Part shown: one piece after another, positions 32,546 to 34,753 of the stretch
Position numbering within the stretch: the stretch's first letter is position 1
Layout of the letters: every line of letters starts with the position of its first letter
Assembly (NCBI RefSeq): GCF_001194135.2
Contig: NC_068984.1
Location: 12,488,100-12,522,852, forward strand
Length of the DNA stretch: 34,753 bases
Direction of reading: 5' to 3'
From: Octopus bimaculoides
Taxonomy: Eukaryota
The notes under the pieces: generated by a model
Told to the model about the DNA's origin: nothing
Database searches by the model: none
The model's input: only the letters and a program-made list of their open reading frames with translations
Made by a program: the position numbers and the translations under genes

Positions 32546-33744
32546 TTATATCTACCCACTTATATTACTAGTTTTGTTTCATTATTCAATCGGTTTTCTT
32601 TTCATAAAACGTGAAATCAATTCCAAGCATGATTTGAAATCCTGAACGCGGAGAAATGAGATTTCTAGCCAAATCGCAATTCTTGTTTGGAATATAGACT
32701 AGAAGAAACAGGAGAAAATAGAATATAAAACACGAACATGTAAATTCCGACCAACTGCTAAATAACTCAATCACTAAGTATTAATTGCTGTTTCGAATCT
32801 GAAACCCATCGTTAATCCCGATTATCTCATTATTTATTCAAGGTACAAATTGAAACGCGTAACCGTACGGTCAAAATCTCATTTAAAGCATTGCTTGTAT
32901 CATTAATATAGGTGTTAATTAGAAACAGAACTGCTCGGTTATGTTGTAAGAAAGTTTACTTTCTTATGATCGAGAGAGTTTCATGCGGATGAAGCAATCA
33001 TCTCTAGGATTATGTTCGGCGTTCACTACGAAGATAACGAGAAACCGTGCTGAATATATGAACAGCCTTCATAATTTTTCATCGCAGAGAAGGGATTTGT
33101 GGCTTTACGGCGGTGATGCTTTTCAAAGAGGCTAGTGTGGTCAAATCTTAACTGACCAGTTTTGAATCACGTCACAGACGGCTTAAAGGATAAGGCAACG
33201 AACTTCATGTCATTGTAAGCTGGCACAATAGTACAATAGTTTTTTTCTCTCCTTTCCTCCATATTGTTCTGTTTATCTATTACGTATTATCAACTGTCAT
33301 ATATATATTATCCGTTTCCTTCTCTCACCGGAATAATGCAAAAACAAAACAACAAAACAACAGCAAAAAAAGATAAATGATAGCAAAGAAAATAAAATCA
33401 TTTTGAGCCGATGATTCAGGCAACCACTTGACCATCAACGTTTCTAATGTTATAGCAGTTTGGATGGTATTTTAAATTTCCGACTTAACACGGACGGAGC
33501 TTTGTTATTTAAAATTCGATAGGATTAATCGTGTAGGGTGAAAACAATTGTATTCAAAGCAGGAAAGTAACGAGCAGCTTCGTCGATATATACATACCAA
33601 TGCAGATGTATACATACAAATGCATACGCATGCGTAGACATAATCTCACTTTCCCTATCTGTTAAAACGCAGGCAACATCTGAATACTTAAAATAAACTC
33701 TAGAAGTATTAGCTATCGTTGAAAAAGATAGGGAGCGCTCTAGG

Positions 33745-33940
33745 CGCTCTCTCGACTTGCTAACATAGCAGCAAACTCACCCTCGAATCAGACCTTGCTT
33801 TCTTTAAATAGAGAACATATAAAGTGATCATAGATACCATGTATAGCTAGAAAATAAAAACCGACTGAATGGTCATAACTGGATTGTCTTTTGATCATAG
33901 CTCTGCTAGACTAGTACTAAGCTAGAACTAAACAATAAAA
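33745..33940 (+). repeat. Interspersed repeat, family C
   Basis: CTCGACTTGCTAACATAGCAGCAAA..GAATGGTCATAACTGGATTGTCTTTTGATCATAG..CTAAACAATAAAA; similar to 450-620. Confidence 0.45.
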
Positions 33941-34081
33941 CAAGAGAGGCACAACTACAAGAACAGGTTAACAGCGAAAGAAAAAAGTGCTTAGATAGAT
34001 TGATATTGACTGAAAAGTGGAGGGATACAGAAGTTTTCTTATGTAAGTAGTGAAATTAATGTTTTATGTACGTGTAAAAGT

Positions 34082-34267
34082 GGAGGTACATGGCGTAGGG
34101 GTTAGATCAGTGGACTCGCGGGTTCGAATCTCAGACCGGGAGATGTGTGTGTTTATAAGCGAAACATCTAAGCTCCACGAGGCTCCGGCAGAAGGTAATG
34201 GCGAACTTCTGCTGACTCTTACGCCACAACTTTCTCTCACTCTTTCCTCCTGCATCTAGCAGCTCAC
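34082..34267 (+). mobile_element. tRNA-derived SINE, family D, 3'-truncated
   Basis: A-box-like TGGCGTAGGGG (34091), B box GGTTCGAATCTC (34121-34132); the body ends at CAGCTCAC just before a TA-rich microsatellite. Confidence 0.7.
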
Positions 34268-34753
34268 ATGTACATACGTACATATATATATATGTAGATA
34301 TAGGGAGGGAATAGGAATAACTTTTTAAAACACGAAAACACGATTTTAATCCAGATTTTATAGTTTTATTCAATAGTTTTTAGAGTCCTTAATGCTTCGT
34401 TTGGAACAATAAATTTCGAAAAATCCATTTAAATCAAGACTTTCCCATTAACTTCTGCCTGAAATAATCTACGTTGCGGCTAGTATTGCTTTTTTCCTTT
34501 TCTCTTCCTAAATAAAGTCATGGCAAAGCCGATCTGTTTCTTAGTCTCTGTCACACACACACACGCACACACACACACACGCACACACACACACAGTGGC
34601 GTAAGCGCTTGTGTTTAAAAGCAAGAGAGAAAGTACTCAATGCAAGAGTATAGCTTATGGATTTTAATTTGTAGCTAACATTTTACAAGTTATAGCTACA
34701 AATTTCACACGTTCTCCATGTTCAGGCAGGTCACGTTGTAATGTGTGCTGTAA

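Noticed and set aside
624-34267. SINE orientation bias toward the minus strand as evidence for a + strand host gene
   Set aside because: Counting the tandem array once gives roughly 13 minus to 8 plus, which is too weak.

Overview
AT-rich, repeat-dense eukaryotic scaffold. The SINE families point to a coleoid cephalopod, most likely Octopus; this rests on recalled family sequences, not a database search. There are 11 N-gaps (1002-1305, 5067-5394, 9766-10177, 10677-10686, 11550-11688, 14371-14405, 15446-15969, 17486-18374, 18888-19246, 23308-23714, 27816-28712), most flanked by microsatellites, plus one Illumina adapter remnant. Content: over 20 tRNA-derived SINE copies or fragments, a decayed CR1-group LINE and a second fragment of it, a decayed Penelope-like element (PLE; RT C-terminus plus GIY-YIG), DNA-transposon end fragments, mini- and microsatellites, and several unconfirmed candidate exons of an unidentified + strand gene. 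No intact long ORF, rRNA, true tRNA or CRISPR array. The most interesting region is 24.37-24.90 kb, with three minimal type I hammerhead-ribozyme (HHR) motifs of the PLE style. Two lie in the arms of a ~185-bp palindrome. The third is in a Pol III (tRNA-headed) element whose 3' end is copied in inverted orientation at its 5' end. This looks like a non-autonomous PLE-dependent, retrozyme- or SMalpha-like element; neither novelty nor activity can be established from sequence alone.
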